Positions 16,960 to 25,713 of a stretch of DNA of 44,227 nt are shown piece by piece. Numbering within the stretch: position 1 is the stretch's first letter; each line of letters opens with the position of its first letter. The DNA comes from Bacteroidota bacterium (GTDB taxonomy: Bacteria > Bacteroidota > Bacteroidia > NS11-12g > UBA955). The stretch is from positions 1-44,227 of the forward strand of contig JBKDBI010000254.1 of assembly GCA_046314695.1 (NCBI GenBank), written 5' to 3'. Made by a program: the position numbers and the translations under genes. A model generated the notes under the pieces. It searched no databases, was not told the DNA's origin, and saw only the letters and a program-made list of their open reading frames with translations.

Positions 16960-17300
16960 TATTCACGCTCCAAAAGTAGCAATGATATTTTCAAATAATC
17001 CAATGGAGTGTCTTCACCTTCAAAGCTTGTGATATGTGCAAGCTCAACAACATCCCTGATAGGATGATACGGAGGATTAAAGGCAACCTCTGTGTATCTG
17101 TCTGTGGTTAATTCAGTTTGAAAAAACTCTACCGCTTTTTCATGTGATTCAAACGCCTGTGCTGTAATTGAGGTATAAATATCATCATATTTTACCCATA
17201 CGTCAAAAGACCTTCCTTGCAAACTAAAATCTACTTCTGAAAGAATGTATTTTTTAAACCTTAATTGTGCTGGATTTTCGATGTTCATTCTCTTTTTCAT
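16959..17300 (-). CDS. hypothetical protein, AT-rich insert between tape measure and gpM
   Basis: ORF track; coupled on both sides. Lambda has no counterpart at this position. Confidence 0.5.
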   Translation of the reverse strand: MKKRMNIENPAQLRFKKYILSEVDFSLQGRSFDVWVKYDDIYTSITAQAFESHEKAVEFFQTELTTDRYTEVAFNPPYHPIRDVVELAHITSFEGEDTPLDYLKISLLLLERE

Positions 17301-19675
17301 TATGCGAATCCCCTTTGTAACATTCCGCCTTGACGGCTTTCCGTCTTAAGGACTTGTCTAACCTTCATTTCAATCATTTCACTAATTGCCTTCCCTGCTT
17401 CTGCTAAGCCTTGATTATCGCCCTTGCCTCCGCCTTGCGTGTTAACCGTCACGTTGTTAATGACTGTAATACCACCACCGCTCCCACCGCTTGGCATGGC
17501 GTGGCTAGGGATGATGTTCCCTGCGGATCGTGGCACAAACATTTCACGCCCTGCCTCACCCACCATGTAAGGCTGATTCGCATTAACCGCTCCACCGCCT
17601 GCACGGTGTCCAACGGCTCCAGCCCCCACCGCACCACCAGCTTCAACATGACCAGCACTCACCGCCCCACCTTTTAAAAAGCCTCCTGTAACGCTTGTGA
17701 CAATCCCAGTCAATAATTGCAAGGCATAAACCTTAATCAATTGGACGGCAATTTGACGCAATAGCCCCACCATGATTTCCTTGAATGAAGATGTGCCGTT
17801 TAACATATAGGTTATTGTATTGTCAAACGCTGAACGTAAAGCGTTACGAATGCCCTCGCTTGTTTCTTTCGCACGGTCTGCCATTTGTTGCGTTTGGTCT
17901 GCATAATCCTTTAACGCTTGTTCACGAGTGGCTTGTTCCTGTGCCTGTTGTTTTTGATCAGCGTTTGCATTGCTATCTTTTAGCAAGTCACGTTTTCTTT
18001 GCTCAATATCCAACTCACGCTGTTTAAGCTCAAGGGCTTTCTCACCACCTGCAAGGAACGCATCACGCAAGGCTTTCTGTTTCGCCTCTTCAATGTTTGC
18101 TTCTTCCATAGCCTGCTTTAAGCTTACACTAAGTTCAAGCTGTTTCTTTTTGGATTCTGCGTCCTGCTCACGTTTAACGATGCTTTGAGCCAGTAGTTCA
18201 AGCTCACGCTTGCCCTTGCCTAAGTAATCGCCCATAAGCTCGTTGTAACGCCCTAAGCCCTCGTTTTGCTTAAGCTGTGCCTCGTAGGCTTTAATGCCAC
18301 CGCTAGACAAGGCTTGAATCGCTTTATCCATGCCTTGCACTTCAAGCATGGCATCTCTAGCTTTTTCTTTTAAGCCCTTCAACGCATCGGCGTAACGCTC
18401 GGCTTCTTTTTGGGCTTCGGATTTAGCTTCTTTCTTTGCTTTTTTCGCTTTGGGTTGAAGGGTTTCCGTCCCCCCTCTTTCGTCTTTGGGAATGTTGGTA
18501 TTAACGCTCCCTGTTTTGATACTGCCAAACGTATGACCAACCCCTGCCATAATGTTTTTGCCAAAACCTTTGTAATTAGCAGAAAACCCTTTTACCGCAT
18601 CTTTTCTAAGCCCTTTTGAGCCTTGTACAATATCATCTAAAAGCCCTGTAGGAGCCTTAAACTTGCCCCCTGCTATTTTTCCTGCAAATTGATTGTAAAG
18701 ACGCAATCCTTCCCTAAGTAGGCGTGTCATGTTCTCCATTGCCGCAGAGTAAAGAAACTGCATACCGTTAAACACAAGCCCCACGGCGTTCCCGATAACT
18801 TTAAACGCATCAATTCCTACAATAATAACCCTTGAAATTATGGGGGCTAAGTGACCAATGGAGTTACCTATTCTCTGAATAAATCGGATTAAAGTTCCTG
18901 ACAAATCGGTTGCCTTGTCAATATCTGCAACAAACGAGCCAAAGGCAATATCTGCCTGTGACTTAACCCGCCCGAATGTTAAAGGCATTTTAGAAAACTC
19001 TTTATTGACCTCTTCTGTTTTTTTGATCAAAACATCAAAAACATCCTTAGATAATAATTTTTGATCTAGCATCATTTGTCGCAACTGACCACGTGTAACA
19101 CCTAATCCGTCTTGTATTGTGTTTAAAAGTTGAGGCAAGCTATCGCTAATACTATTAAACTCTTCCGCCTGAATCTTAACCCCTGTCATTGCTTGAGCAA
19201 ATTGCATCAAGCCATTTTTTTGCTGTTCGCTTGTTGCTCCTGATATAATTCCTAGCTTTGAAACCGTATCAGTTAATTTAAGCATTTCGGCGTTCGTCGC
19301 ACCGACGCTATTTTTTGACCCTGCTACTCGTTGGAATACCATTACAACATCATCTAAAGCAACCCCTGTGCCAATAGCGACTTTCTTCAAGGCTTCAAAG
19401 TTCTGCGTGCCTAGTGCAATGCCTTTGCTTGCGTTGATCGTGCGTGCCTCAAGCATACGCATCTTGTCGGCGGTGTCGGCTAGCTGTTTAGCAATCGCTC
19501 CAATGCCAAGCGTTGCCAGTGTCGCACCAAGCATCTTAAAGGAACTAGCGACCTTATCGCCTGCCTTTGCCGTACCGTCTGCCGTGTTCTTAAGCTTCCT
19601 TAAGTCGCCTTCTGTTTTAGCGACTCCTTCAGCTTTGGTCTCCACTATGATTTTAGGATTGTCCGCCATCATCAT
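17300..19675 (-). CDS. tail tape measure protein
   Basis: 791 aa, largely helical and Ala/Lys/Gln-rich with a Gly-rich C-terminal part. It lies directly downstream of the G/GT chaperone pair. Confidence 0.9.
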   Translation of the reverse strand: MMMADNPKIIVETKAEGVAKTEGDLRKLKNTADGTAKAGDKVASSFKMLGATLATLGIGAIAKQLADTADKMRMLEARTINASKGIALGTQNFEALKKVAIGTGVALDDVVMVFQRVAGSKNSVGATNAEMLKLTDTVSKLGIISGATSEQQKNGLMQFAQAMTGVKIQAEEFNSISDSLPQLLNTIQDGLGVTRGQLRQMMLDQKLLSKDVFDVLIKKTEEVNKEFSKMPLTFGRVKSQADIAFGSFVADIDKATDLSGTLIRFIQRIGNSIGHLAPIISRVIIVGIDAFKVIGNAVGLVFNGMQFLYSAAMENMTRLLREGLRLYNQFAGKIAGGKFKAPTGLLDDIVQGSKGLRKDAVKGFSANYKGFGKNIMAGVGHTFGSIKTGSVNTNIPKDERGGTETLQPKAKKAKKEAKSEAQKEAERYADALKGLKEKARDAMLEVQGMDKAIQALSSGGIKAYEAQLKQNEGLGRYNELMGDYLGKGKRELELLAQSIVKREQDAESKKKQLELSVSLKQAMEEANIEEAKQKALRDAFLAGGEKALELKQRELDIEQRKRDLLKDSNANADQKQQAQEQATREQALKDYADQTQQMADRAKETSEGIRNALRSAFDNTITYMLNGTSSFKEIMVGLLRQIAVQLIKVYALQLLTGIVTSVTGGFLKGGAVSAGHVEAGGAVGAGAVGHRAGGGAVNANQPYMVGEAGREMFVPRSAGNIIPSHAMPSGGSGGGITVINNVTVNTQGGGKGDNQGLAEAGKAISEMIEMKVRQVLKTESRQGGMLQRGFA

Positions 19676-20060
19676 GTTGTGAAGCCTCCTGCGTCATCAT
19701 TAAACGGTCTATCAACATTATAAGCTTAAGCTCGTCTCGGTTGTATGCCACCCCAAACAAGCGATGCCACGCCTCAAGCTCCGTCCACTTCAAGGGGCTT
19801 GCTCCACCCATGCCATAATCCTTGCCGTGAAATGAAATCTCGTCGTAAACACTGAATAAGTACCCATGACGGCATTTTGGAGGCACTAGGGCAGGGCTAG
19901 AGGGGTTGTTGTGGTGGATTGTCTGCCATACGGTACACTTGCCACCCTTTGGGACTTTCCGCATACCGCATAGCCATTTGGTGTAAGCCGTTATTTCTTC
20001 TTCTTGGTTGGCTTGGCTGGCTGTTCCTCTTTCACCACTGGAGGGGGAACCGTAAAAAAA
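19653..20060 (-). CDS. -1 frame extension of the tail assembly chaperone (gpT analogue; G-T fusion of about 241 aa)
   Basis: Hand translation of the -1 frame from the last T of the T7 run (20054) is open for 30 codons. It then runs straight into the ATG of track ORF 19653..19964 with no stop. Confidence 0.7.
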   Translation of the reverse strand, partial: FFYGSPSSGERGTASQANQEEEITAYTKWLCGMRKVPKGGKCTVWQTIHHNNPSSPALVPPKCRHGYLFSVYDEISFHGKDYGMGGASPLKWTELEAWHRLFGVAYNRDELKLIMLIDRLMMTQEASQHDDGGQS

Positions 20061-20377
20061 TTGCTTTTTTCCGTAAAGAACTCAACGATCTGATTGCCAA
20101 TAAAAGCGGAGTTCTCGTCTTCAAGCAGTCCTTGAAATCCCTCGGGGGTGAACTCGTAATCACCAATCACGCCGTCTTGCAATATCTCAAAAAAGGTTTC
20201 TGCGATGTCTTGAGATGTGTTCAAACCACCACTTGCCACCTTGAGACTAAACTTCTCGTAAGCTTCAACATCTGAACGTGGCTTAAATGTGATTTTCACA
20301 TCTTCAATAGGTTCACCATACACTGGATCAACCGCTTGAAAGACGGCTTGCTTTGCTTTAATATCCCCTAAACGCAT
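19991..20377 (-). CDS. tail assembly chaperone (gpG analogue)
   Basis: 128-aa acidic protein between the tail tube and tape measure genes. It contains a T7 slippery run near its 3' end. Confidence 0.75.
   Translation of the reverse strand: MRLGDIKAKQAVFQAVDPVYGEPIEDVKITFKPRSDVEAYEKFSLKVASGGLNTSQDIAETFFEILQDGVIGDYEFTPEGFQGLLEDENSAFIGNQIVEFFTEKSNFFTVPPPVVKEEQPAKPTKKKK
20054..20060 (-). other. slippery heptamer T TTT TTT for the G/GT -1 programmed frameshift
   Basis: The zero frame reads aaT TTT TTT acg. This fits the X XXY YYZ rule, and the -1 frame downstream is open. Confidence 0.7.
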
Positions 20378-20387
20378 AATCTACTCC

Positions 20388-21284
20388 CTATGCTTTCGTG
20401 ATTTTTAATGTCGTCGCTTCCCCTGAATCATAAGTGGCACTGAACCCAGCCGTAATGATGATTGAGCCTTGCCCTGCTGGATTCTTTTCCGCACTAGATA
20501 ATTTAACCTTTGGCATTAAGAAGGTGTAAGTATTCGTGCCGTCTGAAATGACGATACTTAAATCGTCTTCGACTTCATCCAAGAAATCCGTCGATACAGT
20601 AATGTCTTGAACATACAACTCCAAAGAGCCTGTTACGTCAATGAAACCCTTTGAGAAGGAATCGGCTAGTTTTGACCCAAGTACAGGGTTGGGTTCAAAG
20701 TTATTGTTAATCGTCAACGACGCACTGCTTGCCTTGTAAGCGGAGCCTTTCCAGCTGACCGTCACTTCATGCCCTGCAAAAGGGGGTGTGTTAGACGATG
20801 CCGTCATTGTGGCATCAAATGATGTTCCGCTATCCACTTGGTCACGAGCCACAATCGAAGCCGTACCAGCCACAAGGGCATCCAAAGACATATTTAATGT
20901 CAATTGATTGAAGATAGCCCCTTTGACAAGGCTATAATCCGTGTTGTCATTTTGTCGCCCCTCAATGTGATAGGAGCGAATGCCTGTGCCGTGCTTCAAT
21001 ACGCCAGCGGAAAATGTGGAGTGCATCACGCCTTCAAGAAATGTGTCGAAATCAGAATCGGCGAACTCAAAGCCAATATCCCCAGCCACTGACAAATTGC
21101 CGTGTCGTTGGAAGTTACGCTGACCAAGAGCATTAAAGGATTCGGACGTTAAAAGCGTTTTTGTCGGGTTTACCGCAAAGCTGGTGACAGGATAGGCGAT
21201 TAAAGCAGGGCTGGCAGGAGCCACGCCGTATGTTGCTTCGGCTTGCATCCCTACATCAAAACGTGAACCTTGAGCGAATGGCAT
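20388..21284 (-). CDS. major tail tube protein
   Basis: The position between the tail terminator and the chaperones, the 298-aa size and the beta-rich composition support the call. No specific motif recognised. Confidence 0.65.
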   Translation of the reverse strand: MPFAQGSRFDVGMQAEATYGVAPASPALIAYPVTSFAVNPTKTLLTSESFNALGQRNFQRHGNLSVAGDIGFEFADSDFDTFLEGVMHSTFSAGVLKHGTGIRSYHIEGRQNDNTDYSLVKGAIFNQLTLNMSLDALVAGTASIVARDQVDSGTSFDATMTASSNTPPFAGHEVTVSWKGSAYKASSASLTINNNFEPNPVLGSKLADSFSKGFIDVTGSLELYVQDITVSTDFLDEVEDDLSIVISDGTNTYTFLMPKVKLSSAEKNPAGQGSIIITAGFSATYDSGEATTLKITKA

Positions 21285-21287
21285 TGA

Positions 21288-21701
21288 TTAAACCTCCATG
21301 TGTGCCGTGAACGGTATCGTCACAGGCGTGTGTAAAAATTGTTCTTCTAAAAGATTTGTCGACTGATAGCCTACATTTATCATTATAACACCGCCTGTAA
21401 ATGTAAGGCGGTCACCCTTCGGGAAGGCATCTAGTATAAGCTTTGCGTAATCGTTGCTAGGTTTTGTGCCTGTATTCCGTGCGGTGAAGATGCTGACTTG
21501 ATACACGCCACGTACGAAGTTTAAGCCATCACGTCCCAATGTTGCCGATTCGGCGGAGCCGTAAAGCAGGGACGGACGCACCCATATTGCCGTTTCTTGG
21601 CTGTCGTCGTAAATGATGTTTGGGTACTTGATTAAATCGGTCGTTACCACCGTTTCAAGCCGTTGGTGAAGGGCAAGCTCTAAAGCGTTGTAAGCGTTCA
21701 T
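21288..21701 (-). CDS. tail terminator-like protein (DUF4128/gpU-like)
   Basis: Pattern KYPNI.Y......WVRPSLL.......TLG..G....G.YQVSIF resembles the DUF4128 family; position supports the call. Confidence 0.55.
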   Translation of the reverse strand: MNAYNALELALHQRLETVVTTDLIKYPNIIYDDSQETAIWVRPSLLYGSAESATLGRDGLNFVRGVYQVSIFTARNTGTKPSNDYAKLILDAFPKGDRLTFTGGVIMINVGYQSTNLLEEQFLHTPVTIPFTAHMEV

Positions 21702-22153
21702 CGGTTAGCCCTCGCTGTCGCTAGGCGTTTCTTGGCAAGCTCCCAAAACCTAGGGGCTTCCTCAAGTGTAATGCGGATCATGCCGTCGCCTGCTTGTTTA
21801 GAGTGTCCGTATTCCAACGCCAAAATGTAAGGGGCGTTGTTGGCAAGATATGCCTTGTCGGAAAACTTGAGTTTGCCAAGTGGATGCAATGGAGCCGATA
21901 CAGTCTCGCCTTTTGCGGGCTGGTTTGGATGCGACCCCACACCGCCGATAGCCTTCCACCACGACGCACGAGCAAAGCCTGTGTCAACTGGTGTTCCACT
22001 GTGTGAAACCACCGTATCAGGGGCATCTTTCCCCACAATAATGCTATTAAACATCATGTCCGCCCCTAGTGAATAAATAGCTTCTGCGTCTTTCATCGCC
22101 ACGTCAACGGCTTTGTCGAAGTCGATGCTAAAGTTCTGATTGCGTCCTGCCAT
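21698..22153 (-). CDS. HK97 gp10-family head-tail protein
   Basis: PVDTGFARASW and APYILALEYGHS are typical gp10-family motifs. The ATG at 22153 is preceded by GGAGG. Confidence 0.75.
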   Translation of the reverse strand: MAGRNQNFSIDFDKAVDVAMKDAEAIYSLGADMMFNSIIVGKDAPDTVVSHSGTPVDTGFARASWWKAIGGVGSHPNQPAKGETVSAPLHPLGKLKFSDKAYLANNAPYILALEYGHSKQAGDGMIRITLEEAPRFWELAKKRLATARANR

Positions 22154-22217
22154 ACTGCCTCCATAGACAAGGGGGCGTGAATGTATCCACACCCCTTTAT
22201 TCTTGCCTTATTCACTG

Positions 22218-23225
22218 CTAAACCGTGACGGTAAACAAGTAGCCCAGCTCGGGGTACATGATTTTGAAGTCCGCAATGGCTTCACCAGCCACTTTGTACT
22301 CACCGTGTCCTGTTTTAAAGGCGTCGAAGTTATCCGCTAAACGAATTGGGAAAGGAGCGACCCCTGCCATTGAACGAATAGAGCCGTTAACATTTAATCC
22401 GTTAGGGATCGTGTTGTAAGCCCCAGCCAAGAAGGAAGCCTCTTCACCACCTAATGAAACCAAGGGGTTCAAGTAGCAAACAAGCAAGAAGCCTGTTGAC
22501 AAGAAGGCGTTTGAAGCCGTGGCGTTTGCTCCTGCGGTGTTGGTGGCTCCGTCAAGGATGATGACGTTGGGTAAGCCCAAAGCCTTAGCAATCCACTGTT
22601 CGTCGATTTCACCTTGAACGCCTGTGTTACCGCCTGCAAACAAGGATTTCAACTCATCCTGTTTGAGCATTTGATAAAACACGTCACCTGTCATAATGAC
22701 CGTGTTGGGCTTCAATCCACACTGAAGATGAATCGCTTTCTTTGCATCAATCACTTTGCCGATAACGTCGTTATCCGTCGCAGGGGCGGAAATGTTCATT
22801 GTGGCGTTGGTGACAGCGTAAGAGCTAGCCGTTAGGATCGTGGTTTGTAAGTCTTTCAACATATTCACCGCAACCGCCGTGGCTACACGAACACCTAAGC
22901 GTTGTTGGCTCAAGGCAAAACCTTCGTCATTCATGGTGTTAAAGGCGATGCCTGAAATACCCTTAGAGTCCGAATAAGATTCTAAGTTGAAATTGATGTA
23001 ATCTTTGCTAATGCCAGTGGTTTTGATGTCTACACCAAAGGCTTTAGTACCAAATGCAACACGGCGTAATTCTGTCAAGTCTTGCTTTGCAAGTTTAACC
23101 GTGTCCGTCATCGTCTCAATCATGGGAACCTTTCGCATAAAGGAAAGGGAATCTACAACCAGCTCGTGTTGTGCGGTGTACTGCGACAACAGGGGGTTTG
23201 TGTTGTACTGGGGATCAAAAGGCAT
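22218..23225 (-). CDS. major capsid protein
   Basis: 335 aa with a strong AAGGAGG SD. It follows the protease-scaffold and DUF2190-like genes. Confidence 0.8.
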   Translation of the reverse strand: MPFDPQYNTNPLLSQYTAQHELVVDSLSFMRKVPMIETMTDTVKLAKQDLTELRRVAFGTKAFGVDIKTTGISKDYINFNLESYSDSKGISGIAFNTMNDEGFALSQQRLGVRVATAVAVNMLKDLQTTILTASSYAVTNATMNISAPATDNDVIGKVIDAKKAIHLQCGLKPNTVIMTGDVFYQMLKQDELKSLFAGGNTGVQGEIDEQWIAKALGLPNVIILDGATNTAGANATASNAFLSTGFLLVCYLNPLVSLGGEEASFLAGAYNTIPNGLNVNGSIRSMAGVAPFPIRLADNFDAFKTGHGEYKVAGEAIADFKIMYPELGYLFTVTV

Positions 23226-23266
23226 TTTTTAAGCCTCCTTTTAGTTATAGTAAAACAGGTTTAATG

Positions 23267-23653
23267 CTAAGAAGCAGGGACGTAGGCGGTCAATAATTGA
23301 ACCGTCACAATTCCGCCGCTTGTGCCAGCAGACAATGCACGACCTAGGGCGTAACCATCTGCAAACGCCACGGCTTTACCAGCGTTATTAGAGGCAACCA
23401 AGCCCCCTTTAACAATTGTTCCGCCTGCTTGAACGTCCACACGACCGCCGACAATAACGGCACATTGACCGCCACTCGTTACGTCGTTTTGAGGGGCGAA
23501 TACACCCACACAATAGCCTTTAGCTGTGGTGTTGACTGCAACCGTTCCAGTGCCACTTGCTACCAAAAACAAGCCTTGCTTGTCGCTCGTAATTGCTCCA
23601 CCCGTGGTGAAGGATTCGACGTCTTTAACGCCTGTGTAAGAAGAAACTGTCAT
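23267..23653 (-). CDS. DUF2190-like head decoration / capsid accessory protein
   Basis: 128-aa Gly/Ala/Val-rich beta protein between the scaffold and capsid genes, which is the usual DUF2190 position. Confidence 0.55.
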   Translation of the reverse strand: MTVSSYTGVKDVESFTTGGAITSDKQGLFLVASGTGTVAVNTTAKGYCVGVFAPQNDVTSGGQCAVIVGGRVDVQAGGTIVKGGLVASNNAGKAVAFADGYALGRALSAGTSGGIVTVQLLTAYVPAS

Positions 23654-24726
23654 TATTTAAGCCCTCTTTTCTTATTCTGCTCGATCAACGCCTTGGTTGT
23701 CTCGTCAACCTTAGTACCTGAAACAGTATCGCCGTCTTCCTTGTCTTTGAAAGCCTTCGACATCTTGCCAAGCTTCAAAGCAACGGCTTCTTGTACGGAC
23801 TCCACTTTATCCGCAAGCCCTTTCATCGCAAGCACAATGGCTTTACGATGCTCGCCTGCTTGAAGCAAGCCCAATGCGATAGCGGTTTGAGCGTCATCTT
23901 CACCACCAAGAAAAGCAATCTCTTCTTTAGCGTTCGACAATGCCAAAGCCTGCTCATGCTTGGCAAGGGTTGCTTTCGCTTCCTCTGCCTGTGCTAAAGC
24001 CTGCTTGAGTACCGCTTGAGCGTCGCCTTGCAATTGAGACAATGCCAATTCAGCCGTCATCTCCACCTTTGGGGACTCGTAAGCAGAAAGCTTTAGTTCC
24101 AGCTCCTGCTTGTCACTCGAAAGCTGGGTGACTTGCTTTTGCAATTCCTCCAGCCGTTTGTTTTGCTCGTCCTGATTCATAGGTTCCTCCTTATTCAGAA
24201 CTAGGGTAACGTCACTAAACTGATTCGCAGGAGCGAATACAAGGCTTAGTTCTTGGATGCTCAATTCAGTCACCAGTCGCACGTCCTCAAAAGGAGCGTT
24301 TGGATCCTTGCTTAAGCGTTTAATCTCTTCCTCACCAGTAAGGATTTTACTTGTTCCCCCTAGTGACAATCCTTTAATGAGTCCACTTTGCACCACTTGC
24401 CAAGCGTCATTATCTTGTACGTCAATTTCAACCGCCCACCCTTCACGGTCGGCTTGCAATCCTAGAGCTTGTGCCATTTCGCTTTTAAGGACGAAAGACT
24501 GCGACACCACCCCACGCTGTGGGTTATTCATGCCTTCGTGGTTGAAGTTGACACGACCACCGCCAGCCATGAAAGACTTAACGGCGGTGTCTAATACGTT
24601 AATTGGGATGTGATTCCCTTTTTGGTCAATAACAGGCATTCCATTCTTGGTTGCCACGTTTCCCCAGCCGTAAACCTTGCGTTTGTCGGCGGATAGTTTG
24701 GTTTCTAAATCAAGTACAAAATCCAT
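23653..24726 (-). CDS. XkdF-type (Peptidase_S78_2) prohead protease fused to a coiled-coil scaffold domain
   Basis: VYGWGNV...DQKGNHI....L..AVKSFM...RVNFNHEG ... GWAVEIDVQDNDAWQVVQSGLIKGLSLGG fits the XkdF protease family. The C-terminal half is heptad-rich (EELQKQVTQLSSDKQELELKL). GGAGG precedes the ATG at 24726. Confidence 0.75.
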   Translation of the reverse strand: MDFVLDLETKLSADKRKVYGWGNVATKNGMPVIDQKGNHIPINVLDTAVKSFMAGGGRVNFNHEGMNNPQRGVVSQSFVLKSEMAQALGLQADREGWAVEIDVQDNDAWQVVQSGLIKGLSLGGTSKILTGEEEIKRLSKDPNAPFEDVRLVTELSIQELSLVFAPANQFSDVTLVLNKEEPMNQDEQNKRLEELQKQVTQLSSDKQELELKLSAYESPKVEMTAELALSQLQGDAQAVLKQALAQAEEAKATLAKHEQALALSNAKEEIAFLGGEDDAQTAIALGLLQAGEHRKAIVLAMKGLADKVESVQEAVALKLGKMSKAFKDKEDGDTVSGTKVDETTKALIEQNKKRGLK

Positions 24727-24776
24727 GCTGAAAACCTCCGTCTTCAACATAACATTTTTTCAAATGCTTTTGTTGG

Positions 24777-25700
24777 TCACCTACAAAGCTCTATATGTTC
24801 CTCAATAACTCTAATCAATTCTTTGCAATATGAAATATGATCAAAATCTTCAAGCTTGCATACCCACTCATCTTTCTGTAAATCACACTCTAGCTTTTTT
24901 ATCATCTGCTTTCTTGCTAGATTATTTAACTCTAATGGGTTAATGGTTTTTTCTTGCTTTGAATCTGGTTGAATGTAAGCACTTACAGAAAGCAGTCCGT
25001 TATTCTTTAAAATTTCCTCTATTGGGATTGTTGCTTTTTTATTTAAAACTAAATCTTCAAAAGTGATACTAGTTGAAGGGTTGTTTTTTTGAAGAATGAT
25101 AAGTGCTGTTTCTATATTGGTATCTGTAAAATGTTTTGAAGGTATTCTGATAACTTTTCTGATGAATCCTTTTTGAATGAGCCAGTTCCTGATTTCTCCT
25201 TCTTTATTGCCTCTGTATAAAATACCAGGGAAGCAAAGGATTACCGCCATTCCTTGTTCATCCAGCAAATGAAGACAATGAGCAATGAAAGCATAATCCG
25301 CTTTGGATGGAGGTGGGAAGCATGGCAGTGTGGAAAATCTAGGGTCTTGCATTACAGGTAATGGCGGCTCCCATTTTGTTGAAAATGGTGGATTTGCCAC
25401 GATTGCCTTAAAACGTTTGTCCATAAATGCGGGGTTTTTTAAAGTGTCGCCTGATATGCCTTTGAAATTAACAAGTCTCTGATCGGCGTTTTTCAATTGG
25501 TCTGCATCTAATTCTTGTCCATACTTTGCGACGTCTTCATCAAATACAGAAAGTAGTCCGCCGTCGCCACAAGTGGGATCATAAACTTCCTTAACCTCAC
25601 TTGGTAAATAGCTTTTTATTAATTCCGCCAAAGCGGTTTCTGTATAAAAAACACCTTTTTCTTTAAAGTGCTGTTTGATTGTTTTTAAATTAAAGCCCAT
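24777..25700 (-). CDS. HsdM-like (gamma-class) N6-adenine DNA methyltransferase, orphan
   Basis: FYTE..LAELI, motif I DPTCGDGGLL, GQELD and motif IV ANPPF match the N6_Mtase (type I M / type IIG) family. No HsdS or HsdR is present in the window. The gene is AT-rich relative to its flanks. Confidence 0.85.
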   Translation of the reverse strand: MGFNLKTIKQHFKEKGVFYTETALAELIKSYLPSEVKEVYDPTCGDGGLLSVFDEDVAKYGQELDADQLKNADQRLVNFKGISGDTLKNPAFMDKRFKAIVANPPFSTKWEPPLPVMQDPRFSTLPCFPPPSKADYAFIAHCLHLLDEQGMAVILCFPGILYRGNKEGEIRNWLIQKGFIRKVIRIPSKHFTDTNIETALIILQKNNPSTSITFEDLVLNKKATIPIEEILKNNGLLSVSAYIQPDSKQEKTINPLELNNLARKQMIKKLECDLQKDEWVCKLEDFDHISYCKELIRVIEEHIELCR

Positions 25701-25713
25701 TCCTTACCTCTTT

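Noticed and set aside
20538-20547. A single exact Neisseria DNA uptake sequence core (GCCGTCTGAA) might indicate the host.
   Set aside because: There is only one copy on either strand, and it is preceded by GT rather than the AT/AG of the 12-mer dialects. I found no copies of other Neisseriaceae DUS dialects. This is too weak to assign a host.
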